Origin: Alphaproteobacteria bacterium
Lineage (GTDB): Bacteria; Pseudomonadota; Alphaproteobacteria; UBA7887
Direction of reading: 5' to 3'
Assembly (NCBI GenBank): GCA_965216755.1
Contig: CBDCGL010000011.1
Span: 2,560,001-2,624,000, forward strand
DNA length: 64,000 nucleotides
Under the pieces are notes generated by a model, which ran no database searches, was not told the DNA's origin, and was given only the letters and a program-made list of their open reading frames with translations. A program made the translations under genes and the position numbers. Each line of letters begins with the position of its first letter. The stretch's first letter is position 1. Shown here piece after piece: positions 8,127 to 17,800 of this stretch.

Positions 8127-9313
8127 GCCTGCTGAAGAACCCCTTTTTGTGGCAAGCCGTGGTCGCGCTGTTGTTTGTGCCCCTGCTGCTGACCATGGCG
8201 GCGCCGTTAGCCCCGGTCGCGCCCTTGATCGCGTTGGTGGCGGCCTGCTATGTGATCTGGCGTCTCACCCGCATCGGCGGCGTGGTACGACGGGCCGCTG
8301 CCGCCCTGGCGCCCGACCGCACGCCGCCGCGCGCACCCGCCATATCCGGCACGATCGCACCGCTCGAGCAAAGCGCCAAAATCGACCCCGATGACATGCG
8401 CCGCTATCTCAATGCCTGCGTCATCGGCCAGGACGTCGTCGCCGGACAACTGGCGCGCGGTATCTATCGTCGAATGGCCCAACAACAACGCAACAAACCG
8501 ATCTTTACGGCTTTGCTGAGCGGGCCCACCGGAACAGGCAAGACCGAAATCGCGAAAGCGGTCGCCCGTTATTTGTTTGGCAGCGTCAGCAGCATGTTTC
8601 GAGTCGACTGCGCCAATGTGCTCGGCGAAGCCGGCCTGCAAACTCTGATCGGATCGCCCAAGGGATTTGCCGGGTCCAGTTCGTGGGGATCGCTGACCGC
8701 CCATTTGCGGGCGATGCCACGCACTGTCCTGTTGTTCGACGAAATCGAAAAGGCGGTGCCTTCACCCACCGCACCGATGGCCAAATTGCTGTTGTCACTG
8801 CTCGATGAGGGCGTGTGTACCGAGCAAAGCGACGGCACCGCGGTCAGCGCAACCGAGGCGGTGATCCTGCTCACCTCGAACGCGGCGCAAAAGCGCCTTG
8901 GCCCCATATTCCAGCAATATCGGGACAAGCCCGAGGAGCTGGTCCGGGCCACCAAGGACACGCTTCAGGACCATTTTGCCCCCGAATTCCTGGCCCGTAT
9001 CGATCTGGTCACCACCCTGGCGCCGCTTGACGACCAGGCGCGCGGCAAGATCATCGCCATGCACGCCGGCCGCATCGGTGATTCCTATGGGGTCAGCATT
9101 GCCAGCGTCGACGCCTCCTTTGTCAACGAAGCCCTGCGTATCGCGAACAGTCTGGAAGACTACGGGACGCGTGAAATCATCCGTTGGGTCGAACAAGCCG
9201 TTGCCGACCAGTTGATCAAGGCGGCGGAAAGCGGCACCAAACGCGCCTCGCTCGCTTGGTTAGACGGCGCCGTGCGGGTCACACCGGTCAGCGACGCCGC
9301 CGAAACGCCGTGA
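8123..9313 (+). CDS. Membrane-anchored stand-alone ClpA/ClpB D2-type AAA+ ATPase
   Basis: Two N-terminal TM segments; Walker A GPTGTGKT; pore loop LIGSPKGFAG; Walker B LLFDEIEKA; sensor-1 LTSN; PEFLARID; sensor-2 YGTR. ATGA overlap with the upstream gene. Confidence 0.85.
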   Translation: MSLLKNPFLWQAVVALLFVPLLLTMAAPLAPVAPLIALVAACYVIWRLTRIGGVVRRAAAALAPDRTPPRAPAISGTIAPLEQSAKIDPDDMRRYLNACVIGQDVVAGQLARGIYRRMAQQQRNKPIFTALLSGPTGTGKTEIAKAVARYLFGSVSSMFRVDCANVLGEAGLQTLIGSPKGFAGSSSWGSLTAHLRAMPRTVLLFDEIEKAVPSPTAPMAKLLLSLLDEGVCTEQSDGTAVSATEAVILLTSNAAQKRLGPIFQQYRDKPEELVRATKDTLQDHFAPEFLARIDLVTTLAPLDDQARGKIIAMHAGRIGDSYGVSIASVDASFVNEALRIANSLEDYGTREIIRWVEQAVADQLIKAAESGTKRASLAWLDGAVRVTPVSDAAETP

Positions 9314-9329
9314 TGACCCGCCCCCGGCC

Positions 9330-12300
9330 ATGACGGCACCGGCACCCAAGACCGGGCTTGGTGCCCGCCTTTCGTGGATTCTCCGCCACGACTGGCTGTT
9401 TGTTCCCGCCATGATTGTGACCCTGTATGGCGGTTATCTGTCGGTCACGGCGCCGCCCAATTGGCTGCAGCGTGTACCTGTCGCGGTCGATGATGTGGTC
9501 ACTGGCGCCCGACAGGACTTGACCGCGACCGTCGATGAACTTCAAGTGGCCAGCAACGAAGCGCGCCGCCTGTTTGACGATGCCAGCGCTGAATTCGCGC
9601 AGGAACGGGAGTCGCTGCAAGACGCGGTCGCATCGCGCGACACCGAAATCGACGCGCTCAACGAGTCCTTGGACGAGACGCGCGAGGCACTCGATCAACG
9701 CACCCAAACCTTGAATGAACGCGACGCGCGTTTGGCCGAATCGCGCGACTCGGTCGCCGCCTTGGAACAAGAAGCCACCGCAATCGCAAGCGAACGCGAC
9801 GACCTGCGTACGGCGCTGGATTTTGCCGAATCCGACCTGGCGCGCGCGCAGGACCGGGTTGCCGCTTTGCAGGCCGCGTTGGCCGAACGCGCCGCGTCCG
9901 TCGAATCGCTGACCAGCGAGGCCGCCAATGCCAGCACACAAACCGATGCCCTGCGCGACTCTCTGACCGGCGCGCAACGAGACCTTGACGCTGCCGAGCA
10001 ACGCGTCGTGGCCTTAGAGGAAGCTCTGGCCGATCGTGAGGCCAGCGTCACGCGACTCGAAGAACAGTTGACCGCGACAGCGGCCGAACGTCGCGAACTG
10101 GAAAGTGCACTGAGCGCCGCACAACAGGACGTCGCGGCGGCACGCGACCAAGCGGCTGTCTCAGACGCCCGAGTCGCGGAACAAGCCGCAGAAATCACCG
10201 CGGACCAGCAAGAGATCACCAGGCTCAACACGGCTTTGACGACCGCACGCGCGCAAACTGCCGCGACGGAACAGCAAATGGTCGAGGTGAACAGCGGTTT
10301 GGACGCTTTGCGCAACGAACGCGCGGCCTTGGCCGCGTCTGTCGACAGCCAAAGACAGCGCATCGCGACATTGACGTCAACGCTGGCCGACGCCGAAACC
10401 CAGCTCGGTCAAAGTGCCGCCCAGTTGGCGGCGCGCGACGCCACGATCGAGCAACTCAACCAGCAAATCAGATCCGCCCAATCGGCCTCCGACAGCCTGC
10501 GTGAAACGCTGTCCGACGTGACCACGGCCAGCGGCGAGACCCAAGGCCAAATCGCCACGCTCGGCGCCACGCTGGCGCAAACCCGGGCCGAACGGACCGC
10601 ATTGGCCACGGAGGTCGCGGCACAGCAAGCGCAAATCGAAACGCTCAATGCGGCGCTGGGAGACGCCCGAACTGCGTTGGAAAGCGGCACCGCGACGTTG
10701 GCCGAACGCGAAGCGGCGGTGGCGTCGTTGGAAGAGCAAATCGCGGCCGCGACGGCGGAACGGGCCCGTTTGGTCGCGTCGGTGCAAGAAGCCGAAGCGG
10801 CCGCTGCCGACGCGCGGGCACAGACGTCAGATCTTGAAGCCCGTTTGCAAGAACAGGCTGCCGCGATTGCCACGCAGGAACAACAGGTCACGATATTGCG
10901 CACCGACCTTGATGCCGCGCGCGAGGCGGCGACGGCCGCAACGGCCGATGCCGCTGCGCTGGCCACCGATCGCGACGCGTTGGTCGCGGAACGTGACCAA
11001 TTGGCCGAGGCGCGGACAGCCGAAGCCGACCGCATCACGACGCTGACAGCGTCACTGGCGGCGGCCCAAGCGGCACACGACGACACCCTCGCCACGCTTG
11101 CCGAACGGGAGGCGGCCGCCGAAATCGTCACAAGCCAGGTCGCCGAGGCCGCGCAACAACGCGCGCAATTGCAAGCCGCCCTGGCCGATGCGGAACAAGC
11201 GGCGGCCGCGGCGAGCAGGCGCGCGGCCGCGCTGGAGCAGCAAGTGCGCGATCAGGCCGGCGCCGACGCAGACGCGTCGCAGATCGCCGATTTGACAATC
11301 CGTCTGCGCGACGTGGAAAACGAACGCGATGCGGCGTTGGCATCCTTGGCCGAGGCGGAAGAAGGCGCCGCGGCCGCAACCAATCGCGTGGCCGAACTGC
11401 AGCGCCAAGCCCAAAATCAGGCCGCTGCCGATGCGTCAGAGATCGCTGACCTGGACGCCCGCCTGCAAGAGGTCGAAGACGCGCGCGAAGCCCTTTCCAC
11501 CGAATTGACCGAGCAACAGGCGATGGCGACATCGCTGACCGCGGCGCGTGAGACCGCCGAGGCAGCGCTCGTTGAGGCCAATCGTGAGACCGCGGAATTG
11601 ACCGAACGGCTGCAAGGCATTGACTCCGAACGTGCGACCTTGGCGGCGAACGTAACGTCCCAGCAACAGGAAATGGCGGCTTTGTCCGCGTCACTCGCCA
11701 ACGCCAAAGCGGACTTTGACGGGCAAACCATCGATTTGGCGGAACGCGACGAAACCATCGCGAAATTGACGGCCCGAGTGACCGACGCCGAAGCCGAGAC
11801 CGAACGCCTGTCGGCCGCGGTGGCCGATGGCCGCACCGCCCTGGCGGACAGGGAAACCGACTTGGCGGACGCCCGACGACAAGCCGACGCCGAGCGCGCC
11901 GAATTGGAGCAACTCGGCGACCGCTTGCGCCAATCGGAACGCGAATTGGCACGGCGCACCCGGCTGGCCGGAGCTTTGCAATCGGAAGTCATGCGCCTGA
12001 TGGGAGCCCTTGGCGCATCCCAGAAAGCCGCCGGCACCGGCGATGCGGAGTCGGGCACGGGGCCTGGACAGGCAGCGGCATCCGGTGGCGCCGGATCCGA
12101 CATCGGCAAATATCGGTCGGCGTTCTTCGCGTTGCTCAGCGCGGTGGTTGGTACACGCAGCGATGTGCGCACGGTCGGCGATCGTTTTGTGTTTCCGTCA
12201 GAGGTCTTCTTTCCATCGGGTTCGGCGATCCTTGGCCCCGAAGGCCGCGCGGAATTGGACAAGGTCGCCGATGCGCTATTGGAAATTGCACGCAACATTC

Positions 12301-12557
12301 CGCCGGAAACATCGTGGGTGTTGCGGGTCGACGGTCATACCGACCGGCGCCCCATTCAGACCTCGGAATTTCCGTCGAATTGGGAGCTGTCGACAGCCCG
12401 GGCGCTGTCTGTGGTGCGCTATTTGATCGAACGCGGGATCCCGCCCGACCGCTTGGCCGCGTCGGGATTCGGCGAGTTTCACCCAATCGATCCTGGCCAG
12501 TCCGGAGACGCCTTTCGCCGCAATCGGCGTATAGAACTAAAACTCACCACACGCTGA
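9330..12557 (+). CDS. Giant coiled-coil protein with C-terminal MotB/OmpA-like peptidoglycan-binding domain
   Basis: One N-terminal TM, about 850 aa of Ala/Glu/Gln/Leu heptads, then 'VGDRFVFPSEVFF...LRVDGHTD...SNWELSTARA...GFGEFHP...NRRIELKL'. Confidence 0.88.
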   Translation: MTAPAPKTGLGARLSWILRHDWLFVPAMIVTLYGGYLSVTAPPNWLQRVPVAVDDVVTGARQDLTATVDELQVASNEARRLFDDASAEFAQERESLQDAVASRDTEIDALNESLDETREALDQRTQTLNERDARLAESRDSVAALEQEATAIASERDDLRTALDFAESDLARAQDRVAALQAALAERAASVESLTSEAANASTQTDALRDSLTGAQRDLDAAEQRVVALEEALADREASVTRLEEQLTATAAERRELESALSAAQQDVAAARDQAAVSDARVAEQAAEITADQQEITRLNTALTTARAQTAATEQQMVEVNSGLDALRNERAALAASVDSQRQRIATLTSTLADAETQLGQSAAQLAARDATIEQLNQQIRSAQSASDSLRETLSDVTTASGETQGQIATLGATLAQTRAERTALATEVAAQQAQIETLNAALGDARTALESGTATLAEREAAVASLEEQIAAATAERARLVASVQEAEAAAADARAQTSDLEARLQEQAAAIATQEQQVTILRTDLDAAREAATAATADAAALATDRDALVAERDQLAEARTAEADRITTLTASLAAAQAAHDDTLATLAEREAAAEIVTSQVAEAAQQRAQLQAALADAEQAAAAASRRAAALEQQVRDQAGADADASQIADLTIRLRDVENERDAALASLAEAEEGAAAATNRVAELQRQAQNQAAADASEIADLDARLQEVEDAREALSTELTEQQAMATSLTAARETAEAALVEANRETAELTERLQGIDSERATLAANVTSQQQEMAALSASLANAKADFDGQTIDLAERDETIAKLTARVTDAEAETERLSAAVADGRTALADRETDLADARRQADAERAELEQLGDRLRQSERELARRTRLAGALQSEVMRLMGALGASQKAAGTGDAESGTGPGQAAASGGAGSDIGKYRSAFFALLSAVVGTRSDVRTVGDRFVFPSEVFFPSGSAILGPEGRAELDKVADALLEIARNIPPETSWVLRVDGHTDRRPIQTSEFPSNWELSTARALSVVRYLIERGIPPDRLAASGFGEFHPIDPGQSGDAFRRNRRIELKLTTR

Positions 12558-12571
12558 TCAATAACGGCACC

Positions 12572-12611
12572 GGACCGTGGCGGCCATGTCTGATACCGGC
12601 CGCCACGGTCC
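12572..12611. terminator. 14-bp perfect inverted repeat between convergent genes (likely bidirectional terminator)
   Basis: GGACCGTGGCGGCC (12572-12585) / GGCCGCCACGGTCC (12598-12611); no clear U-tract. Confidence 0.55.
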
Positions 12612-12669
12612 CGTCTCGTGAAATAGCCCGGACCCTTTTGCCATGAACCCGGTCTATCTCGGCGTGAAT

Positions 12670-13275
12670 TCAGCCGCCGAGATTGATGATCTTGACCCGT
12701 CGATTGGCCCCTGAGGCCGGATCGGCACTGTCATACAGCTCCGATTCGCCTTTGCCGACCGTCACCAGGCGGACATGGTCGACAGCGTGCCGTGAGATCA
12801 GATAATTCTGAACCGACAGCGCGCGTTTTTCGGACAAGCTCTGGTTGTAGCTGTCAGAGCCCACGGCGTCCGTGTGGCCTTCGATCACAAACTTAAACGC
12901 ACCGAGATCGTCAGAATTGAGCGCCGCGGCCAAGTTATCCAGCGTGGCCATGCCATCCGGCGTCAACTCCGCAGAGTCGAACCCGAACTCGATCCGCACC
13001 GAGGCGGCGGGACTCAATTGCTCGGGTTGAGCCTGTGTCGCCGCTGTTTGCGGCATCGTTTCCGGATCGGCGTTCGGATCCGGTCGACGTTGAATGCCAC
13101 GCGTGCGGAACATTGGCTGCGGCTTGAGCGCTTGGATGAAATCATCAACGCTGGCGCCATCTTCCAAATAAGCGCTGGCGTCATCAGCTAAGACACCCTG
13201 ATTTGGGCCAAAAACAGCGACGAGCGCCGCGGTCACGGCCACCACGGTTAAACTGCGCATTACGTTCATCGTCAC
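12670..13275 (-). CDS. Exported OmpA-family peptidoglycan-binding protein
   Basis: Signal peptide; 'IEFGFDSAEL...IEGHTDAVGSDSYNQSLSEKRA...GKGE...NRRV'. Confidence 0.9.
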   Translation of the reverse strand: MTMNVMRSLTVVAVTAALVAVFGPNQGVLADDASAYLEDGASVDDFIQALKPQPMFRTRGIQRRPDPNADPETMPQTAATQAQPEQLSPAASVRIEFGFDSAELTPDGMATLDNLAAALNSDDLGAFKFVIEGHTDAVGSDSYNQSLSEKRALSVQNYLISRHAVDHVRLVTVGKGESELYDSADPASGANRRVKIINLGG

Positions 13276-13520
13276 CCCTCTGTCAGGCTTCTTTCGTTAT
13301 TATAACGGGTGTCGGCACTATTGCAGACACCTTAGTCTAACACGCAACAGGACTGGGTGAGGGGTTTGTGGACCAGGGCCGGTGTGCGATGAAATTAAAG
13401 GGTGTTGCATTTTTGCGCCTCGATAAAACGTAGCAACAAGTGAACACGTGAAAAAATCGCGCTTTGTAACTGGAAAGCAAAGGGTTAGCCTTACGAACCA
13501 GAATAGACATTGATCGAATT

Positions 13521-14507
13521 ATGAAGCGCATCGCATTCATTACTGGCTTGCTGCTCTATGCGGCGCCGGCGCTAGCCGACGTGTCGGAAGCGCTGACGGC
13601 GTATCGGCGCGGCGACTACGCGACGGCGATCACCGAATTCACCGTGGCCGCGCAAGCCGGCGATCCTGTTGCACAGTTCAATTTGGCTGTGATTCACCAT
13701 AAGGGCGTCGGCACGTCGCCGGACCCGGCATTGGCCAGCGAATGGTACCGGGCCGCCGGTCTGCAGGGCTTGCAGCAAGCCCAGATTGAATTAGGTCGCA
13801 TGTATGCCACCGGCGCAGGCGCCTTTTGGAACGCCGAAGCCGCCGAGATCTGGTACCGTGCGGCGGCAAAACATGGTGACTCAACCGCGCAGTACCAACT
13901 TGGCGAGATGTACTACAGAGGCGACGGGGTTCAGAAGGACGGCGCCGAAGCCGCCAACTGGTTGCGCTTGGCCGTTGAGCAAAACCATGTGCGCGCGCAA
14001 TTCCTTTTGGGATACCTGCACGCTGCCGGAGTCGGCGTCGCGCAAAGCGATGAATTGGCGGCGAAGTATTATCGCATGGCCGCCGAGGCGGGATATCCGC
14101 CGGCGCAGTTGAATTTGGCCTTCATGTATTCCCATGGCAAGGGCGTGCCGCGCGATTTCAACGAAGCCACGAAATGGAATCGGCGCGCCGCGCGGCAAGG
14201 TTATGCCGGCGCGCAAGGCATTGATATTATTGAACGCAGCAATGTGGACGGGGTGCCACAGAGCTTCGTGGATGCCTATGCGTGGTGGCACATGGCCGCG
14301 GTCCACGGCAACCCCTTAGGGACCAGCTATCGCGACACCCTAAATACGCTGCTAACGCCCGAGGAAGTAACCGAAGCGATCGCTCTGTTTGACCAACTGA
14401 TGAGCGAAGCCAAGGTCGCCGGCAGCAGTCGGGCGACACCGCCCCGCGAGCGTTCGAACATGGTCAACAACCGGCCTGATTTGGCCATTCAAACGTCGGC
14501 AAAATAA
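13521..14507 (+). CDS. Exported Sel1-repeat protein
   Basis: Signal peptide ending 'APALA'; about six Sel1 repeats (e.g. AQFNLAVIHHKGVG, AQYQLGEMYYRGDGV, AQLNLAFMYSHGKGV). Confidence 0.9.
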   Translation: MKRIAFITGLLLYAAPALADVSEALTAYRRGDYATAITEFTVAAQAGDPVAQFNLAVIHHKGVGTSPDPALASEWYRAAGLQGLQQAQIELGRMYATGAGAFWNAEAAEIWYRAAAKHGDSTAQYQLGEMYYRGDGVQKDGAEAANWLRLAVEQNHVRAQFLLGYLHAAGVGVAQSDELAAKYYRMAAEAGYPPAQLNLAFMYSHGKGVPRDFNEATKWNRRAARQGYAGAQGIDIIERSNVDGVPQSFVDAYAWWHMAAVHGNPLGTSYRDTLNTLLTPEEVTEAIALFDQLMSEAKVAGSSRATPPRERSNMVNNRPDLAIQTSAK

Positions 14508-14821
14508 TCGTCGGCGATCACAAATTCGTCACCCCTCCTCCGTCACCGCCACGTGTCTACCGTTAGCAGGTTCTGCGTCTCCCGTGTCGCGCCCCGCGGT
14601 TTGGGTTCGATCTGCCGGCAACAATGCCGCGCAATCAATCCGTTGCCGCGCCACGTGCGCGTGCGCGCAGACCAGATCGACATGCCGCGCCGGACCCGTG
14701 CCGGAACATGGCAGTCGACATAATGAAGCAGGAAAGGAACGACGGGACGTGGCATGATGATTTCGCGAGCGTTAGGATTATTGCCCGCTGGTCGATGCCG
14801 CACATTGATTTGGAGGAAGCC

Positions 14822-17800
14822 ATGACTGTCGAAGCCTATGAGACGCATCCGCGTCGGTTTGGACCGCGTCGGTTTGCGACTTTGTCGGCACGCTGGGGTC
14901 TGTTCGCGGCCCTTTGCCTTGCGATGCCGGGTCTGGTTGTATCGGCGACCAGCAGCCCACATGGAGACTGGTTTATCCGGCCGGCAGCCGCCGCGACCAA
15001 CGTCGCCGATAAGTTCACCGTGGTCGATTGCGTACTGCCCGGGCAAGTGCGCAAGTTGGGTCGCCGGACAACCTATTTGACCGCCCGTCGGGCCACCAAA
15101 ACGTCGATCTTGGACTGCGAAATCCGTGGCGGCGAGTATGTCGCCTATGACCGTGCTTCGTATCAGACGGCCCTGAATGTATGGATGGACGAGGCCGGCG
15201 CGGGCGATCCGCAAGCCCAGCTTTACGTTGGCGAGATCTACGAGAAAGGCCTCGGCGTGGCGCCCGATTACGACCTCGCCGCGGTCTGGTACAAAAAGGC
15301 GGCCGAACAAGGCCTGGCGCCGGCTCAAGTCAATCTCGGCAATCTCTATGAAAAAGGTCTCGGCGTGCCCAAGGATCCGGACACTGCCCTGGCGTGGTAT
15401 CGCCGCGCGTCCGGATTACCGGATGTCGGCCTCGACTATATGCCGTTTGGTGACTTTGCTCAGCAGGTCGAAGGGTTGCGCCAAGAACTGGCGTCACGCA
15501 CCGAACAGCTAGAGCTGCGCACAGAGGAATTGGCGCAACGGACCCAGGAGGTCGAGCAGTTGCGAGGGTCCCTGGGTCAAGCGCAGCGCAGCCTGCATGA
15601 AACGACCCGTCAGTTATCGGCAAGCCAAAAAGCCGCCAGTGCCAAGCAAGCCGAATTGGCCGCGGAGCAGCAAGCCCTAGCCGCGGAACGCGCCGCCCTG
15701 ACCGCCTCGACCGAAGCCGTGAAGACCGAACGCGCCCGCCTGGAAGCGGCGCTGCAGAACGCCGGCGGTACCGACCCGGCGGAACTGCAAGCCTTGCAAG
15801 CGCGGCTTCAAGAGAGCGAACAAAACGTCGCGAAGCACCGCCAAGCCCTTGAAATCCGCAACCAACAAGTGACCCAGCTGAACAGCGAAGTCACCCAACG
15901 GAACCAAGAAATTGCCGCGTTGCAGACGGTCGCGGACAGCAAGGACGCGGAGTTCGCCGCGCTCAAACAAGAGCTCAGTGAGGGCAGCTCAGGCGCCGTT
16001 GCGTTGCGCCAACAGCTGGACCGTCGTGAGGCTGAACTGAAACAACTGACCGCCAAGCTCAGCGGCACCCAAACCGAACTGGAGACCACCAAGAACGCGT
16101 TGGCCGCGCGTACGTCCGAGGCCACCGCCCAGCGGCAACAGTTGGACAGTGTGCGCAGCGAACTTGAGGCGCAACAAAAAGCGCTCGACGCACTCAAAGC
16201 CCAGCAAGACGGTTTGGTCGACAAAGAAGAAGCCGACTCGGCCCGCAACACTTTACAAATGCAACTGCAAGACCGCGCCGATGCCTATATCCAAGCGGAG
16301 GCCGAGGTCGCCCGGCTCAACAGCGCCCTTGCCGACAGCCAGGGCGAGGTGGCGCAACTGCAAAACCAAGTCAACCAACTCGCGGTGCAAGCGACCAACC
16401 AGCGCGAGCAATTGGCCTCCGCGGAACTGGCGGTAGAATCCTCGTCGGCCACCGAAGACGCACTCAAGCAAGAGGTTGAGCGACGCGCCGCCGAGGTCGG
16501 AAGCCTGAACCAGCAATTGGCGGAACTTGCCGACACGTTGCAGCAGAAGTCCGCGCAACTGGCACGACGGGAAGCCGATTCGGAACTTGCCAGCAATCAG
16601 TTGGCCGCCGCGCAACAGGAGCTATCGGATACACGCACGGCGCTCGAAGCGCTGCAATCGGATACCACCGCCAATACGGCCGACTTGAACCAGCGGATCC
16701 AAGCATTGACCGCGCAATACCAAGCGGGACAGGAGAAAGCCGCGCAGCTCGACGCCGAGTTGGCGGATAGTCGCTCGGAGATCGGCCGCCTTGAGTCGCA
16801 ATTGGCCAACCTCGAGGTCACCGCCAATAGCCAGGAACAGGAACTGGTCACGGCAGAGCAGCAGTTTGTTGACGCCGGCCCGATCATCGAACTGATCGAC
16901 CCGGCATTGCTGGTCACGCCCGAAGGGCGCACCATCGCGCGTACGCGCGGCGGCATCGAAAGTCGCGTGCTCATCGGGCGGGTCACCGCACCATCTGGCC
17001 TGTTGACCCTGACCATCAACGACGTCGAACAGCAGTTCGACGAGCAAGGCCTGTTTCGGGCCAGCTTGCCGGTCATCGGCGCCACCACCGGCGTCACGAT
17101 TAGCGCGGTCGATAGCAACGGCTATCGCAGCGCGTTGGACTTCTCTCTTGAGCTCGACGGCTCTGGCGAGATTGCCGCGCCGCCAACACCAGAGGTCAAG
17201 ACCCCCAGTCAACCGCCGCTGGTGCCGATTGCCGATGTCAAGTTCGGCAATTACTACGCGCTGGTCATCGGTAGCAACGACTACGCGCACCTGCCTGATC
17301 TGGAGACCGCGATTACCGACGCCCGCGCCGTTTCGCAGGTGTTGCGGGACAAGTACGGCTTTATCGTGACCACGCTGGAAAACGCAACCCGTTACGACAT
17401 TCTGTCGGCGATGAACGAATTCCGCGAGACGCTAACGGAAGAAGACAACTTCCTGCTCTATTACGCGGGTCATGGTGAGCTCGACCGCGTCAATCAACGC
17501 GGCCACTGGCTGCCCATCGATGCCGAGCCGGACAGCACCGCCAATTGGATCTCCAACGTGGCGATCGCCGACATCCTCAACGCGATGAACGCCAAGCATG
17601 TCTTGGTGGTGGCGGATTCGTGCTATTCCGGCGCCCTGACACGCACCGCTTTGGCGCGCCTCAACACCGGCATGACGCAAGAGCAACTGACCCAGTGGCT
17701 CAAGGTGATGGTGCAAAAACGCGCCCGTCTGGCGTTGACGTCGGGTGGCTTGCAGCCTGTCTATGACAGCTTCGGCGGCGATCATTCGGTATTCGCTAAC

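Noticed and set aside
8123-12557. Zorya or flagellar stator
   Set aside because: No ZorA/MotA homolog, ZorC/D/E or flagellar genes in the window; the coiled coil is on the MotB-like protein, which lacks the canonical Asp motif.
8123-13275. Type VI secretion (ClpV/TssL/TagL) cluster
   Set aside because: The ATPase lacks the N-domain and D1 of ClpV, and no tss, hcp or vgrG genes are present.
13280-13520. CRP/Clr binding site in the AT-rich divergent promoter region
   Set aside because: The best candidate (CGTGA-N5-TCGCG) has the wrong spacing; not supportable by eye.
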